A stretch of 64,000 bases of DNA, taken from an uncultured Chloroflexia bacterium. GTDB taxonomy: Bacteria; Chloroflexota; Limnocylindria; Limnocylindrales; CSP1-4. The translations under genes and the position numbers were made by a program. The DNA is taken from positions 160,001 through 224,000 of the forward strand of contig CAVTHS010000007.1 of the NCBI GenBank assembly GCA_963734535.1, written 5' to 3'. Of this stretch, positions 40,035-49,173 are shown piece by piece. Each line of letters begins with the position of its first letter. Within the stretch, counting starts at the first letter, position 1. The notes below the pieces were generated by a model. It was not told the origin of the DNA. It saw nothing but the letters and a program-made list of their open reading frames with translations, and searched no databases.

Positions 40035-40885
40035 GTGCCCGCCCCCTCGGGCGCGGGCGGGTCGAGCCCGACGGGCGGTCGACCTCGGTGGCGGAGGACC
40101 AGGACACCCAGCGCACCCGCCACCACCACCGCCGAGATGAGCATGGCCGTCGGGATCCCAAAGAAGGTCCAGTTGTCGGCCTTGAGCGTCTCGACGGCGA
40201 AGCGGACGGAGCCGTACCAGATGAAGAAGACGAGGAGCAGGTCGCCGGTCCGGAGCCGGCCGGCGAAGCGCCGGGCGATCCAGATCAGGACGATCGCCCC
40301 GATGAGCCCGGACAGCGACTCGTAGAGGAACATCGGGTGGAAGTGCTGCCCGAGGGTTGCCAACGGGTCCGAGCCCGGCGGGCACTCGTAGCCCTGGGTC
40401 CGGTACTGGCACTGGATGGCGATTCCCCACGGCAGGTTCGTCGGCGAGCCGTAGAGCTCCTGGTTGAAGAAGTTCCCCCAGCGCGCGATGGCCTGCATCA
40501 CGAAGAGCCCGGGTGCGACCGCGTCCGCCCAGGCCAGGAACGGCTGGCGCTTCCAGCGCGCGTAGCCGTAGGCGACCGCAACGCCGGCGATGATCCCGCC
40601 GTAGACCCCGAGCCCCGAGTACGGTGGCAGGACGATCCGGAGAAGGTCGTCCCTGTAGAGCTGCCACTGGTCGATGACGTGGTAGAGCCGGCCACCGATG
40701 AGGGCCGCGATCGCGACGACGATCATCCCGTTCGGGAGCAGCCCGACGTCCAGCCCTCGCCAACGGGCCTCGCGGCTGATCACGAGGTAGACGGCCGCGA
40801 GCCCGACCGCGTAGGCGATCCCGTACCAGTGAACGGCCAGCGGCCCGATCGAGAAGGCGATCGGGGACGGCGTGATGTCGATCAC
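40031..40885 (-). CDS. lgt: Prolipoprotein diacylglyceryl transferase
   Basis: 'VHWYG','GGRLYHV','ARWGNFFNQELYG','HPMFLYE','RFAVE'. Confidence 0.9.
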   Translation of the reverse strand: MIDITPSPIAFSIGPLAVHWYGIAYAVGLAAVYLVISREARWRGLDVGLLPNGMIVVAIAALIGGRLYHVIDQWQLYRDDLLRIVLPPYSGLGVYGGIIAGVAVAYGYARWKRQPFLAWADAVAPGLFVMQAIARWGNFFNQELYGSPTNLPWGIAIQCQYRTQGYECPPGSDPLATLGQHFHPMFLYESLSGLIGAIVLIWIARRFAGRLRTGDLLLVFFIWYGSVRFAVETLKADNWTFFGIPTAMLISAVVVAGALGVLVLRHRGRPPVGLDPPAPEGAGT

Positions 40886-41198
40886 GGGTGGAATGGCAGG
40901 CGGAGCCGGCGTGCCTCGGTGGCTGCGGTCAGGGAAGGGCTCCGGGCGGGAAGGTCATGGGCCCTGTCGGTCCTCGTCGGTGGCCACGATCATAACCGAC
41001 GAGGGCGTTGGAGAACCCTGACCGGGCCAACGGTCCGGACGGCCCGCCTTCTCGTGACTAGTGGCCCGGCATGTATATAGGCTGTCCGCATATATTCAGG
41101 CTACACAGATATGCCGTTACAGCGGCTATCTACCCCGCGCAGATATGCATCGAGAGCACTCCCCGGATCTGCTCGAACCAGGAGGCCCACGCGGCACG

Positions 41199-41579
41199 AT
41201 GGAACGCCAGAGCGCAACGCATGACATCGACGAGCTCCAGGCTTCGATGCTGCGGTCGTTGGCCAGTGCCCACCGCCTTCGGATCCTGCACCTGATCGGC
41301 GCCCAGCCGTGCGAGGTCAACGAGATCGCGCGTGAGCTGGGCCTGAACCAGGCAGCGGCATCGCAGCACCTGGCTGCCATGCGGTCCGTCGGCCTCGTGG
41401 AAGCCATCCGTGACGGGCGGACCGTCCGATATCGCCTCGCCGATCCGCAGATCCTCGCGGCCTGCGAGCTGATGCGCGCGGTCCTCGTGCGCCGGCTCTC
41501 GAGGCTGGGCGACCTGGCCGCGGCGGCCCACGAACCAGCCATCCACATCCTCACAGCCACCGAGGTACCCCACCCGTGA
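41199..41579 (+). CDS. ArsR/SmtB family regulator heading the Hdr/Qmo-like operon
   Basis: 'LASAHRLRIL','SQHLAAMR','YRLAD...ACELMR'. Confidence 0.88.
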   Translation: MERQSATHDIDELQASMLRSLASAHRLRILHLIGAQPCEVNEIARELGLNQAAASQHLAAMRSVGLVEAIRDGRTVRYRLADPQILAACELMRAVLVRRLSRLGDLAAAAHEPAIHILTATEVPHP

Positions 41580-41983
41580 GCGATTCGCTGTCACTCGTCC
41601 TCTTCTCCGGCACGGATGACAAGCTCATGGCGGCGGCCACGCTCGCTGCCGGCGCTGCCGCGATGGGGGAGACGGTCAACGTGCTCCTGATGTTCTGGGC
41701 GCTCGACGCGTTCCGAACGGACCGCGTCTCGACCAAGCACGGCCTGGCCTACGACGCGGCACGCCCGCGACCGACCGAGCCGGTCGAGAAGGTCGGCGCA
41801 TTGCCCTGGCTGGAGACGTTCCGCCAGGCCAAGGAGATCGGCGAGATGAACGTCCGGGCCTGCTCCGGCTCGCTCGACACGCTGGGCCTGGACGTGACGG
41901 CGCTGGACCCGATCGTCGACAGCGCCGGCGGGATCGCGTCGTTCCTCATGGCGTCCGAAGGCAGCCAGATCCTCTTCATCTGA
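41576..41983 (+). CDS. DsrE/DsrF/DrsH-like protein (soluble DsrE2-type)
   Basis: 'LVLFSGTDDKL','GAAAMG','FWAL','RACS','ILFI'. Confidence 0.85.
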   Translation: MSDSLSLVLFSGTDDKLMAAATLAAGAAAMGETVNVLLMFWALDAFRTDRVSTKHGLAYDAARPRPTEPVEKVGALPWLETFRQAKEIGEMNVRACSGSLDTLGLDVTALDPIVDSAGGIASFLMASEGSQILFI

Positions 41984-42047
41984 TCGCCGCGGGCGACGAA
42001 CCGCCACCGGCGGACGGATCGCCCCGCGCGACGACAAGGAGCAGCAC

Positions 42048-42431
42048 ATGGCGGACACACAGCAGGCGGACACCCAGAAGCTGGTGTTCATGGTCCTGCA
42101 CGGCCCGGACCATCCCGAGCACGCGACGATCCCGTTCGTGATGGGCTGTGCGGCCCTGGCCTCCGATGTGGAGGTTGTCCTGGGCTTCCAGGCCGAGGGC
42201 GTCGAGCTGGTGCACGCGGGCGTTGCGGACGGCATCCACGCCGCCGGGTTCCCGCCTCTCGCGAAGCTGATGCACGACTACCGGGAGCTCGGTGGGTCAA
42301 TGCTGGTCTGCGGACCGTGCATCAACAGCCGCGGGATCACCGCCGCGGACCTCATCGAGGGCGCCGAGATCGTCGCCGCCGGTCGCTTCGTCGCCGAGAT
42401 CACGTCGGCCACCAACAGCCTCGTCTACTAG
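42048..42431 (+). CDS. DsrE family sulfurtransferase-like protein
   Basis: 'HGPDHPEHATIPF','EGV','VCGPC..RGI'. Confidence 0.85.
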   Translation: MADTQQADTQKLVFMVLHGPDHPEHATIPFVMGCAALASDVEVVLGFQAEGVELVHAGVADGIHAAGFPPLAKLMHDYRELGGSMLVCGPCINSRGITAADLIEGAEIVAAGRFVAEITSATNSLVY

Positions 42432-42444
42432 GGAGTACGGAACC

Positions 42445-42711
42445 ATGTCTGCCATCGCCACCGAGACCGAGCTCGAAGCCATCACCGCCGACAAGATCGT
42501 CGACGCCCGCGGCGCCGCCTGTCCGGGACCGCTCCTCGAGGCCAAGAAGGGCATCGGCACGGTGCCCGTCGGCGCCGTCATCGAGATCTGGTCCAGCGAC
42601 CCGGTCACCAAGAGCGACATCGGGGCGTGGTCCGGGAAGGTCGGCCACGGCTTCCTCGGCGTGCTCGTCGCCGACGGGTACGAGCGGGTCTTCGTGCGTC
42701 GCCAGAAGTAG
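42445..42711 (+). CDS. tusA: TusA family sulfur carrier
   Basis: 'VDARGAACPGP','SSDP..KSDIGAW'. Confidence 0.9.
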   Translation: MSAIATETELEAITADKIVDARGAACPGPLLEAKKGIGTVPVGAVIEIWSSDPVTKSDIGAWSGKVGHGFLGVLVADGYERVFVRRQK

Positions 42712-42781
42712 CCAGCCAAGGACGGCCCGGCGGGCGCAAGCGCATCCGCCGGGCTGATCGGAGCCAGGAGCGACCGTCCCA

Positions 42782-43226
42782 ATGACCGCGTCCGCCGCCG
42801 GAGGAGCCCTGCTGGAGGCACCGGCCTTCGTTCCACGGATCCTCGTCTTCTCGACGAACAACATCTCGGACCCGGGCATCGACCTGGCCGGCAGCTCGCA
42901 CATGCACTACACGCCGGGCGTGCATGGTCATGCCGATGCCCTGCACCAGCGGCATCAAGCCCGCCTGGATCGCCCATGCGATCGCGACGGGCTTCGACGG
43001 CGTCTTCGTGGCGTCGGACGGCGACGAATGCGCCTACCTGCCCGACTGCGCTGAGCGCGCCTCGCGAATCATGGCGGAAGCGCAGGCGCTCCTCAAGGCG
43101 GCCGGCCAGTCGCCGCAGCGGCTGAAGATGGCGGCAATCTGCTCGGTCTGCGCCGAGCCGTTCACCCGGCAGGTGACGCAGTTCGCCCAGGCGCTCGCCG
43201 CCCTCGGGCCCTCGGGGGTGCGCTGA
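42782..43226 (+). CDS. mvhD: MvhD/FlpD-like Fe-S subunit with non-canonical Cys pattern; 1-nt frameshift near 42922
   Basis: 'PRILVFSTNNISDPGIDLAGSSHMHY' plus 'PCTSG...GFDGVFV...ECAY...ICSVC'. Confidence 0.75.
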
Positions 43227-43229
43227 GCC

Positions 43230-45950
43230 ATGGACTATGACGTTCTCGTCGTCGGCAGCGGCATCGGGGGCATGGAATCCGCCCTGAAGCTCGGCGACAT
43301 GGGGTTCAAGGTTCTCGTCGTGGAACGCGAAGCGAGCGTGGGCGGGAAGATGATCCTGCTCAGCAAGGTGTTCCCCACGCTCGACTGCGCCAGCTGCATC
43401 TCGACGCCGAAGATGGCGGCCACGATCCACCACCCGAACATCACGACGTACACGTACAGCGAGATCGACGGGATCGAGCCCCACGGCGACGGTCGCTTCC
43501 GGGCCCGCATCACGCGCAAGGCGCGCTTCGTGGACGAGTCGGCCTGCACCGGCTGCCAGAAGTGCGAGATGGCCTGCACGGTTGCCGTGCCGGACCAGTT
43601 CAACGCCGACCTGGTGGCGCGCCGCGCCGCCTACATCGCGTTCCCCCAGGCCGTCCCGAAGAAGGCGGTCATCGACCGCGCCGGCAGCTCGCCCTGCTCG
43701 TATGCATGCCCCGCCGGGATCCAGGCGCACGGCTACGTCTCCCTCGTCCGCAGCGGGGAGTACGAGAAGGCGTACCGGCTGGTGCTCGAGGCGACCCCCC
43801 TGGTCGGGACCCTCGGTCGCGCCTGCTATGCGCCCTGCGAGACCGAGTGCACCCGCGGCTCCCTCGAGGGAACGCTCCCGATCCGCCTCCTGAAGCGGTT
43901 CGCCTCCGACCGCCACGACGAGACGGCGGACGGCCCCGGCATCGAGGTCGCCGAACCGAACGGCCGGAAGGTCGCGGTCGTGGGCTCCGGCCCCGCGGGC
44001 CTCACCGCGGCCTGGCAGCTTGCTCGCCGCGGCTACGCCGTGAAGATCTTCGAGGCCGCCCCGGAGCCGGGCGGGTTCCTTCGCCTCGCAATCCCGTCCT
44101 ACCGCCTCCCGATCGAGGTGGTCGAGCGCGACATCGACAACGTCCGGGCCATCGGCGTGGAGATCGCCACGAACAGCCCGGTCCGGGACGTGGCCGCCCT
44201 CAAGGAGGCCGGCTTCGACGCGGTCCTCCTGGCGACGGGCACCCCGCGCTCGACCGGCATCGGGGTTCCCGGCGAGGATCGCCTCGGCGTCTTCGGCGGC
44301 ACCGACTTCCTGCGCAAGGTGAAGCTCGGCCAGCCGATGGACCTTACCGGCAAGCGGGTGGTCGTGATCGGCGGCGGCAATGTCGCGATGGACACCGCCC
44401 GGACGGCTCGCCGCCTTGGTGCCGCGTCCGTGACCGTGGCGTACCGGCGCGGCCGCGCGGAGATGCCGGCCCACCACGTCGAGGCCGACGACGCCGAGCG
44501 GGAGGGCGTGGCCTTCAGCTTCCAGGTCGCCCCGGCCGAGGTCCTCGGCGACGAGCACGGCGCGGTGAGCGGCCTGCGCTGCATCCGCATGACGCTCGGC
44601 GCCCCGGACGCGTCCGGCCGGCGCCGCCCCGAGCCGGTCCCGGGCAGCGAGTTCGTGCTTCCCTGCGAGATCGTCGTCGGGGCCATCGGCATGACCGCCG
44701 ACACCGGCGCGTTCGCGAACCACATCGCGACGAAGGCGAATGGCACGCTCGAGGCCGACGCGACGTCCCGCCAGACCGGCCTGCCGTACGTCTTCGCCGC
44801 CGGCGACGTGGTCAACGGGGCGACCGACATCACGCGCGCCGTCGGTGAGGGTCGCCGCGCCGCCCACATGATCGATCGCTGGTTGACCGGCGGGACGCTC
44901 GACGGGTTCGACGACCGGCTGCCGGTGGTCGACAAGGCGCAGGTCGTCGCCCGTCAGAAGGCCTACTCGCTCCGGGCCGCGCTGCCCAACGGGACGACCC
45001 TGGTTTCGAACCCGGCCGACTTCTCCGAGGTGGAGGCCCCGCTGACGGAGGCGGAGGCGCGCGGGGCCGCGGGCCGCTGTCTCGACTGCGCGGTGTGCAG
45101 CGAGTGCGGGGAGTGCGTCGATGCCTGCCCGGTCGACGGGTGCATCGATCTCCATGCCCGCGACGAGAAGCTCGAGGTCGAGGTCGGCGCCGTGGTGGTC
45201 GCCACGGGGTTCAAGCTCTTCGCGGCCGACCTGAAGCCCCAGTACGGCTTCGGGACATACAAGAACGTCATCACGGGCATGCAGATGGACCGCCTGCTGG
45301 CGCCGACGCGGCCCTTCAACACGATCCTGCGCCCCGGCGACGGCAAGGTCCCCGAGCGGATCGCCTACGTGCTGTGCACGGGCTCCCGCGACGAGACGGT
45401 GAACAACCCGCTCTGCTCGCGGTTCTGCTGCATGTACTCGATCAAGCAGAACCAGCTGCTGATGGGCGCGCTCCCGCTCGCGGACGTGACGGTCCACTAC
45501 ATGGACATCCGGGCCGCGGGCAAGCGCTACAACGAGTTCTACGAGCAGGCGAAGTCCATGGGCGCCACCTACGTCAAGGGGAGGGTGGCGAAGATCACCG
45601 AGAAGGACGACGGCAACCTGGTCCTGCGTTACGAGGACATCGAGAATGGCGGGAAGCTCGTCGAGGCGGAGTACGACCTGGTCGTGCTCGCGGTCGGCGT
45701 GCAGCCCAACAGCGACGCGGAGGGCCTCTTCCCGGCCGGCGACCTTGCCGTGGACGAGTTCCGCTATGTCGCGGAACCGAACGAGGACCTCGATCCGGGT
45801 GCGACCAGCATCCCCGGGGTCTACGTGGCCGGCGCCGCCTCCGGTGCCAAGGACATCGCCGACTCGATCCTCCACGCGGGATCCACGGCGGCCCAGGTGG
45901 CGGCGCATCTCGAGCGCGCCCGCCTCGAGAAGGCAGGGGTGCCGGCATGA
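43230..45950 (+). CDS. hdrA: HdrA-like flavoprotein with inserted GltD/NfnB-type NAD(P)H module (HdrL-like)
   Basis: 'GSGIGG','KVFPTLDCASC', ferredoxin motifs, insert 'GSGPAG','GGGNVAMD','YRR','AAGD', then 'CTGSRD','CSRFCCMYSIK','GAKDIADS'. Confidence 0.88.
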   Translation: MDYDVLVVGSGIGGMESALKLGDMGFKVLVVEREASVGGKMILLSKVFPTLDCASCISTPKMAATIHHPNITTYTYSEIDGIEPHGDGRFRARITRKARFVDESACTGCQKCEMACTVAVPDQFNADLVARRAAYIAFPQAVPKKAVIDRAGSSPCSYACPAGIQAHGYVSLVRSGEYEKAYRLVLEATPLVGTLGRACYAPCETECTRGSLEGTLPIRLLKRFASDRHDETADGPGIEVAEPNGRKVAVVGSGPAGLTAAWQLARRGYAVKIFEAAPEPGGFLRLAIPSYRLPIEVVERDIDNVRAIGVEIATNSPVRDVAALKEAGFDAVLLATGTPRSTGIGVPGEDRLGVFGGTDFLRKVKLGQPMDLTGKRVVVIGGGNVAMDTARTARRLGAASVTVAYRRGRAEMPAHHVEADDAEREGVAFSFQVAPAEVLGDEHGAVSGLRCIRMTLGAPDASGRRRPEPVPGSEFVLPCEIVVGAIGMTADTGAFANHIATKANGTLEADATSRQTGLPYVFAAGDVVNGATDITRAVGEGRRAAHMIDRWLTGGTLDGFDDRLPVVDKAQVVARQKAYSLRAALPNGTTLVSNPADFSEVEAPLTEAEARGAAGRCLDCAVCSECGECVDACPVDGCIDLHARDEKLEVEVGAVVVATGFKLFAADLKPQYGFGTYKNVITGMQMDRLLAPTRPFNTILRPGDGKVPERIAYVLCTGSRDETVNNPLCSRFCCMYSIKQNQLLMGALPLADVTVHYMDIRAAGKRYNEFYEQAKSMGATYVKGRVAKITEKDDGNLVLRYEDIENGGKLVEAEYDLVVLAVGVQPNSDAEGLFPAGDLAVDEFRYVAEPNEDLDPGATSIPGVYVAGAASGAKDIADSILHAGSTAAQVAAHLERARLEKAGVPA

Positions 45951-47747
45951 GCCAGCCGGAGCTCGATGGCGCGGTCCCCGGCGCAGCCCCCGTCCCCGGT
46001 GAGGCTGTCCCCGGGGCGCGTCGGATCGGCGTCTACGTCTGCCATTGCGGCGGAAACATCTCCGACTACGTTGACGTCGCGAAGGTCGTCGAGTCCGTCC
46101 AGGGAGATGGCGACGTCGCCATCGCGCGGACGGCCATGTTCGCCTGCTCCGATGCCTCCCAGCAGGACATGATCGACGACATCCAGCAGAACAACCTCGA
46201 CGGCCTGGTCGTGGCCTCGTGCTCGCCCAAGCTCCACACGTTCACGTTCCGGGCGGTCGCCACGCGCGCCGGGCTCAACCCCTACGAGTACTCGCAGGTC
46301 AACATCCGCGAGCAGTGCTCCTGGATCCACAGCGACGACCGACCGGGCGCGACCACGAAGGCCATCGGTCTCGTGGAGGCGGGGATCGCCCGAACGCGCC
46401 TGACCGAGCCCCTGGTGCCGATCGTGGTGGAGACCACGCCGAAGACCCTCGTCATCGGTGGCGGGATCGCGGGGCTCCGGGCGGCCGTCGGGCTCGCCGA
46501 CATCGGTCTCGAGGTCGTGGTGGTCGAACGCGAGCTGACACTGGGCGGCTGGGTGGGCCGCTTCGGCGAGATGTACCCGCACGGCAAGGACGGTCGCACC
46601 CTCATTGCCGGCCTCGTAGCCGAGGTCAAGAAGCGGCCGGCCATCACCGTGCTGACGGGTGCCGACGTCGTCGGGAAATCGGGGAGCTTCGGTAACTACG
46701 ACGTCGAGGTGCGCGTCGGCGGCCCCGGCGCGGGAAGCATCTCCGTTCGCGTCGGCTCGATCATCGTCGCCACGGGCTTCGACTCCTACCAGCCCGACGC
46801 CGGCGAGTTCGGCTACGGCATCGACGGCGTCCTGACGCTGCCCGAGTTCACGGACCTGCTCGATCGCTCGACCGGCCCGCTCGTCCACAACGGGAAGACG
46901 GTCCGCAGCGTCGTCTACGTCTACTGCGTGGGCAGTCGCCAGCCGTCCGACGGTGAGGGTGCCAACGAGTACTGCTCGCGCTTCTGCTGCACGGCCGCGG
47001 TCCACGCGTCCGTCCGGGCCGCCGGCCTCGACGCGACCGCCCGCCAGTACCACCTCTACCGCGACATCCGCACGTACGGCAAGTACGAGACCATCTACAC
47101 GGAGTCGCGCGAGCTGGGCTCGGTCTACCTGAAGTTCCCCGACGACGAGCCCCCCGCCGTGGCCCTGGGCGAGGATGGCCGGCTGGTCGTCACGGCTCGC
47201 GACCTCCTCACCGGGGGCGAGGAGCTGGCGATCCCGGCAGACCTCGTGGTCCTCGTGACGGGCATGGTCCCCCGGAAGAACGACGATCTGGTGGGCGTTC
47301 TCAAGCTCCCGCTGGGATCGGACGGCTTCTTCAACGAGATCCATCCCAAGCTGCGGCCGGTCGAGACCGTCGTGGGCGGGGTCCTGATCGCCGGTGCGTG
47401 CCAGGGACCGAAGTCCTCGTCCGAGAGCGTCGCCTCCGGCCTGGCAGCGGTCACCCAGAGCGCGGCGATCCTGCGCAAGGGCTTCGCAGAGCTCGATCCG
47501 CTCGTCGCGACCGTGACACACGGATGCCTGCACGGCCTGCGGGAAGTGCCTCGAGGCGTGTCCGTACGGCGCGATCGGGATGACCGGCCTGGATGGCCGC
47601 GAGGTCGCCGCGATCAGCCAGACGGGCTGCAAGGGCTGCGGCGGATGCGTCCCGGTCTGCCCGGAGGATGCGATCGACCTGCGCGGCTACACGGACGCCC
47701 AGATCCGGGACCAGATCGACCGCATGCTGGAGGTTCCGGTCGCATGA
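45947..47747 (+). CDS. hdrA: Second HdrA-like subunit with C-terminal ferredoxin; frameshift near 47515
   Basis: 'GVYVCHCGGNI','ASCSP','NIREQCSW','GGGIAG','CVGSR','CSRFCC','HPKLRPVE','GACQGPK'; CxxCxxC motifs after the shift. Confidence 0.88.
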
Positions 47748-47986
47748 GCACGCAGAGCAGGGAGGTCCGCGAGGTCGTCCGCGACGAGCCCGTCATGCGG
47801 GCACGCATCCTGGCGGCCGTTGCGGATGGGCCGCGAACCGTGCCCGAGATCGCGCGTGCGATCGGGAGCCCGACCCACGAGGTTGTGTTCTGGGTGATGG
47901 GGATGCGCCGCTACGGCTGGCTGCGCGAGGTCAAGGCACCCGCCGAAGACGGCTATTTCCGATACCAGGCGGAGGAGCGAGCATGA
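47744..47986 (+). CDS. Small winged-helix-like protein inside the hdr operon
   Basis: 'ILAAVADGPRTVPEIARAIG...FWVMGMRRYG...DGYFRY'; coupled by ATGA overlaps on both sides. Confidence 0.75.
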   Translation: MSTQSREVREVVRDEPVMRARILAAVADGPRTVPEIARAIGSPTHEVVFWVMGMRRYGWLREVKAPAEDGYFRYQAEERA

Positions 47987-49173
47987 CCGCGCAGGTTGAC
48001 CTGGGGCTCTACGGCGCGCTCCAGAAGTTCGGCGCGGCCGATGTCTCGGCCTGCTTCTCCTGCGGGACGTGCACGGCGACGTGTCCGCTGGTCACCGACG
48101 ACGCCACGTTCCCGCGGCGGATGATCCGCTACGCCCAGGTGGGCCTGCGCGACAAGCTGTTGTCGAGCAAGGAGCTCTGGACGTGCTACGCCTGCGGCGA
48201 GTGCTCCGAGACCTGCCCCACGCAGGCCGAGCCCAGCGAGTTCATGGCCGCCGCCCGGCGCTACGCCATCGGCAGCTACGACCGGACCGGCCTGGCACGG
48301 ACGATGTACACGCGGCCGGTGCTCGGGACCGTCATCGCGGTCTTCCTCGCGGCATTCTTCGCACTATTCATGGCATCGGGCAACGGGGTCCAGGCCACCG
48401 GATCGCTCGATCTCTTCGCGTTCGTGCCAGAGGACCTGATCCATACCACCGGCATCATCGTGATGGCGATCGTCGGGCTGGCCGGTCTCGCCGGCATCGT
48501 CACGATGGCACGCCAGGTCGGCCGTGCCGAAGGCATCGGCTGGCGCACGGTCGCCGGCAGCCGGGCGGCAATCGGACGCTCCCTGGGTGCGGCCTGGGAG
48601 GCGATCGGGATCGAGTCGCTGGGCCAGCGCCGATACCGCGCCGACTGCGACGCGGACAAGGCGGTGGTCCCCCTCTACCGCCGCCGCTGGCTCCTGCACG
48701 CGGTCACGATGTGGGGCTTCCTGGGGCTCTTTGCCGCGACGATCCTCGACTACGGCCTCGCGCTGGCGGGGATCAAGGCGACCGGGACGCCGGTCCCGAT
48801 CTGGTACCCCGTGCGCCTGCTGGGCACGATCGCCGGGCTGATGCTCGTGTACGGCACCAGCGTGCTCATCATCGACCGGGTCCGGCGCGTCAGCAGGTCG
48901 GTCGCCCACTCGAGCCCGGCCGACTGGACGCTGCTCGCACTCCTCTGGATCACGGGCGTGACGGGGTTCGCCCTTGAGCTGGCGCTCTATCTCCCGGCGG
49001 CGCCCGCGTGGGGCTACTGGGTCTTCCTCTTCCACGTGGCGGTGGCAATGGAGCTCGTGCTGCTCGCCCCGTTCATGAAGCTCGCGCACGTGCTCTACCG
49101 GCCCGTGGCGCTCTTCTTCTTCGCCCTCGCTCGGACGCCCGAGCACCTCGATCGTCAAGGAGGCACGAGATGA
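47983..49173 (+). CDS. QmoC-like subunit: HdrC-type 2x[4Fe-4S] domain plus membrane domain (putative heme b)
   Basis: 'CFSCGTCTATCP','WTCYACGECSETCP'; TM domain with 'LLHAVTMWGF','FHVAV','KLAHVLYRP'. Confidence 0.82.
   Translation: MTAQVDLGLYGALQKFGAADVSACFSCGTCTATCPLVTDDATFPRRMIRYAQVGLRDKLLSSKELWTCYACGECSETCPTQAEPSEFMAAARRYAIGSYDRTGLARTMYTRPVLGTVIAVFLAAFFALFMASGNGVQATGSLDLFAFVPEDLIHTTGIIVMAIVGLAGLAGIVTMARQVGRAEGIGWRTVAGSRAAIGRSLGAAWEAIGIESLGQRRYRADCDADKAVVPLYRRRWLLHAVTMWGFLGLFAATILDYGLALAGIKATGTPVPIWYPVRLLGTIAGLMLVYGTSVLIIDRVRRVSRSVAHSSPADWTLLALLWITGVTGFALELALYLPAAPAWGYWVFLFHVAVAMELVLLAPFMKLAHVLYRPVALFFFALARTPEHLDRQGGTR

Noticed and set aside
42297-45908. 1203-aa ORF on the minus strand
   Set aside because: Antisense shadow of the hdrA-like gene; high-GC codon bias removes stops and it has no recognisable motifs
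42782-47747. Selenocysteine or programmed frameshifting in mvhD and hdrA
   Set aside because: The breaks are small indels, not in-frame TGA, and lack slippery sites; they match the error pattern elsewhere
45095-47986. Apparent fusion of HdrA-2 to the winged-helix protein in the ORF track
   Set aside because: Caused by the frameshift near 47515; the ferredoxin domain continues in another frame and stops at 47747
41576-49173. Calling the operon sHdr, canonical HdrABC or sulfate-reducer QmoABC
   Set aside because: No HdrB/CCG protein, lipoate-binding protein, AprAB or Sat in the window, and the domain layout differs
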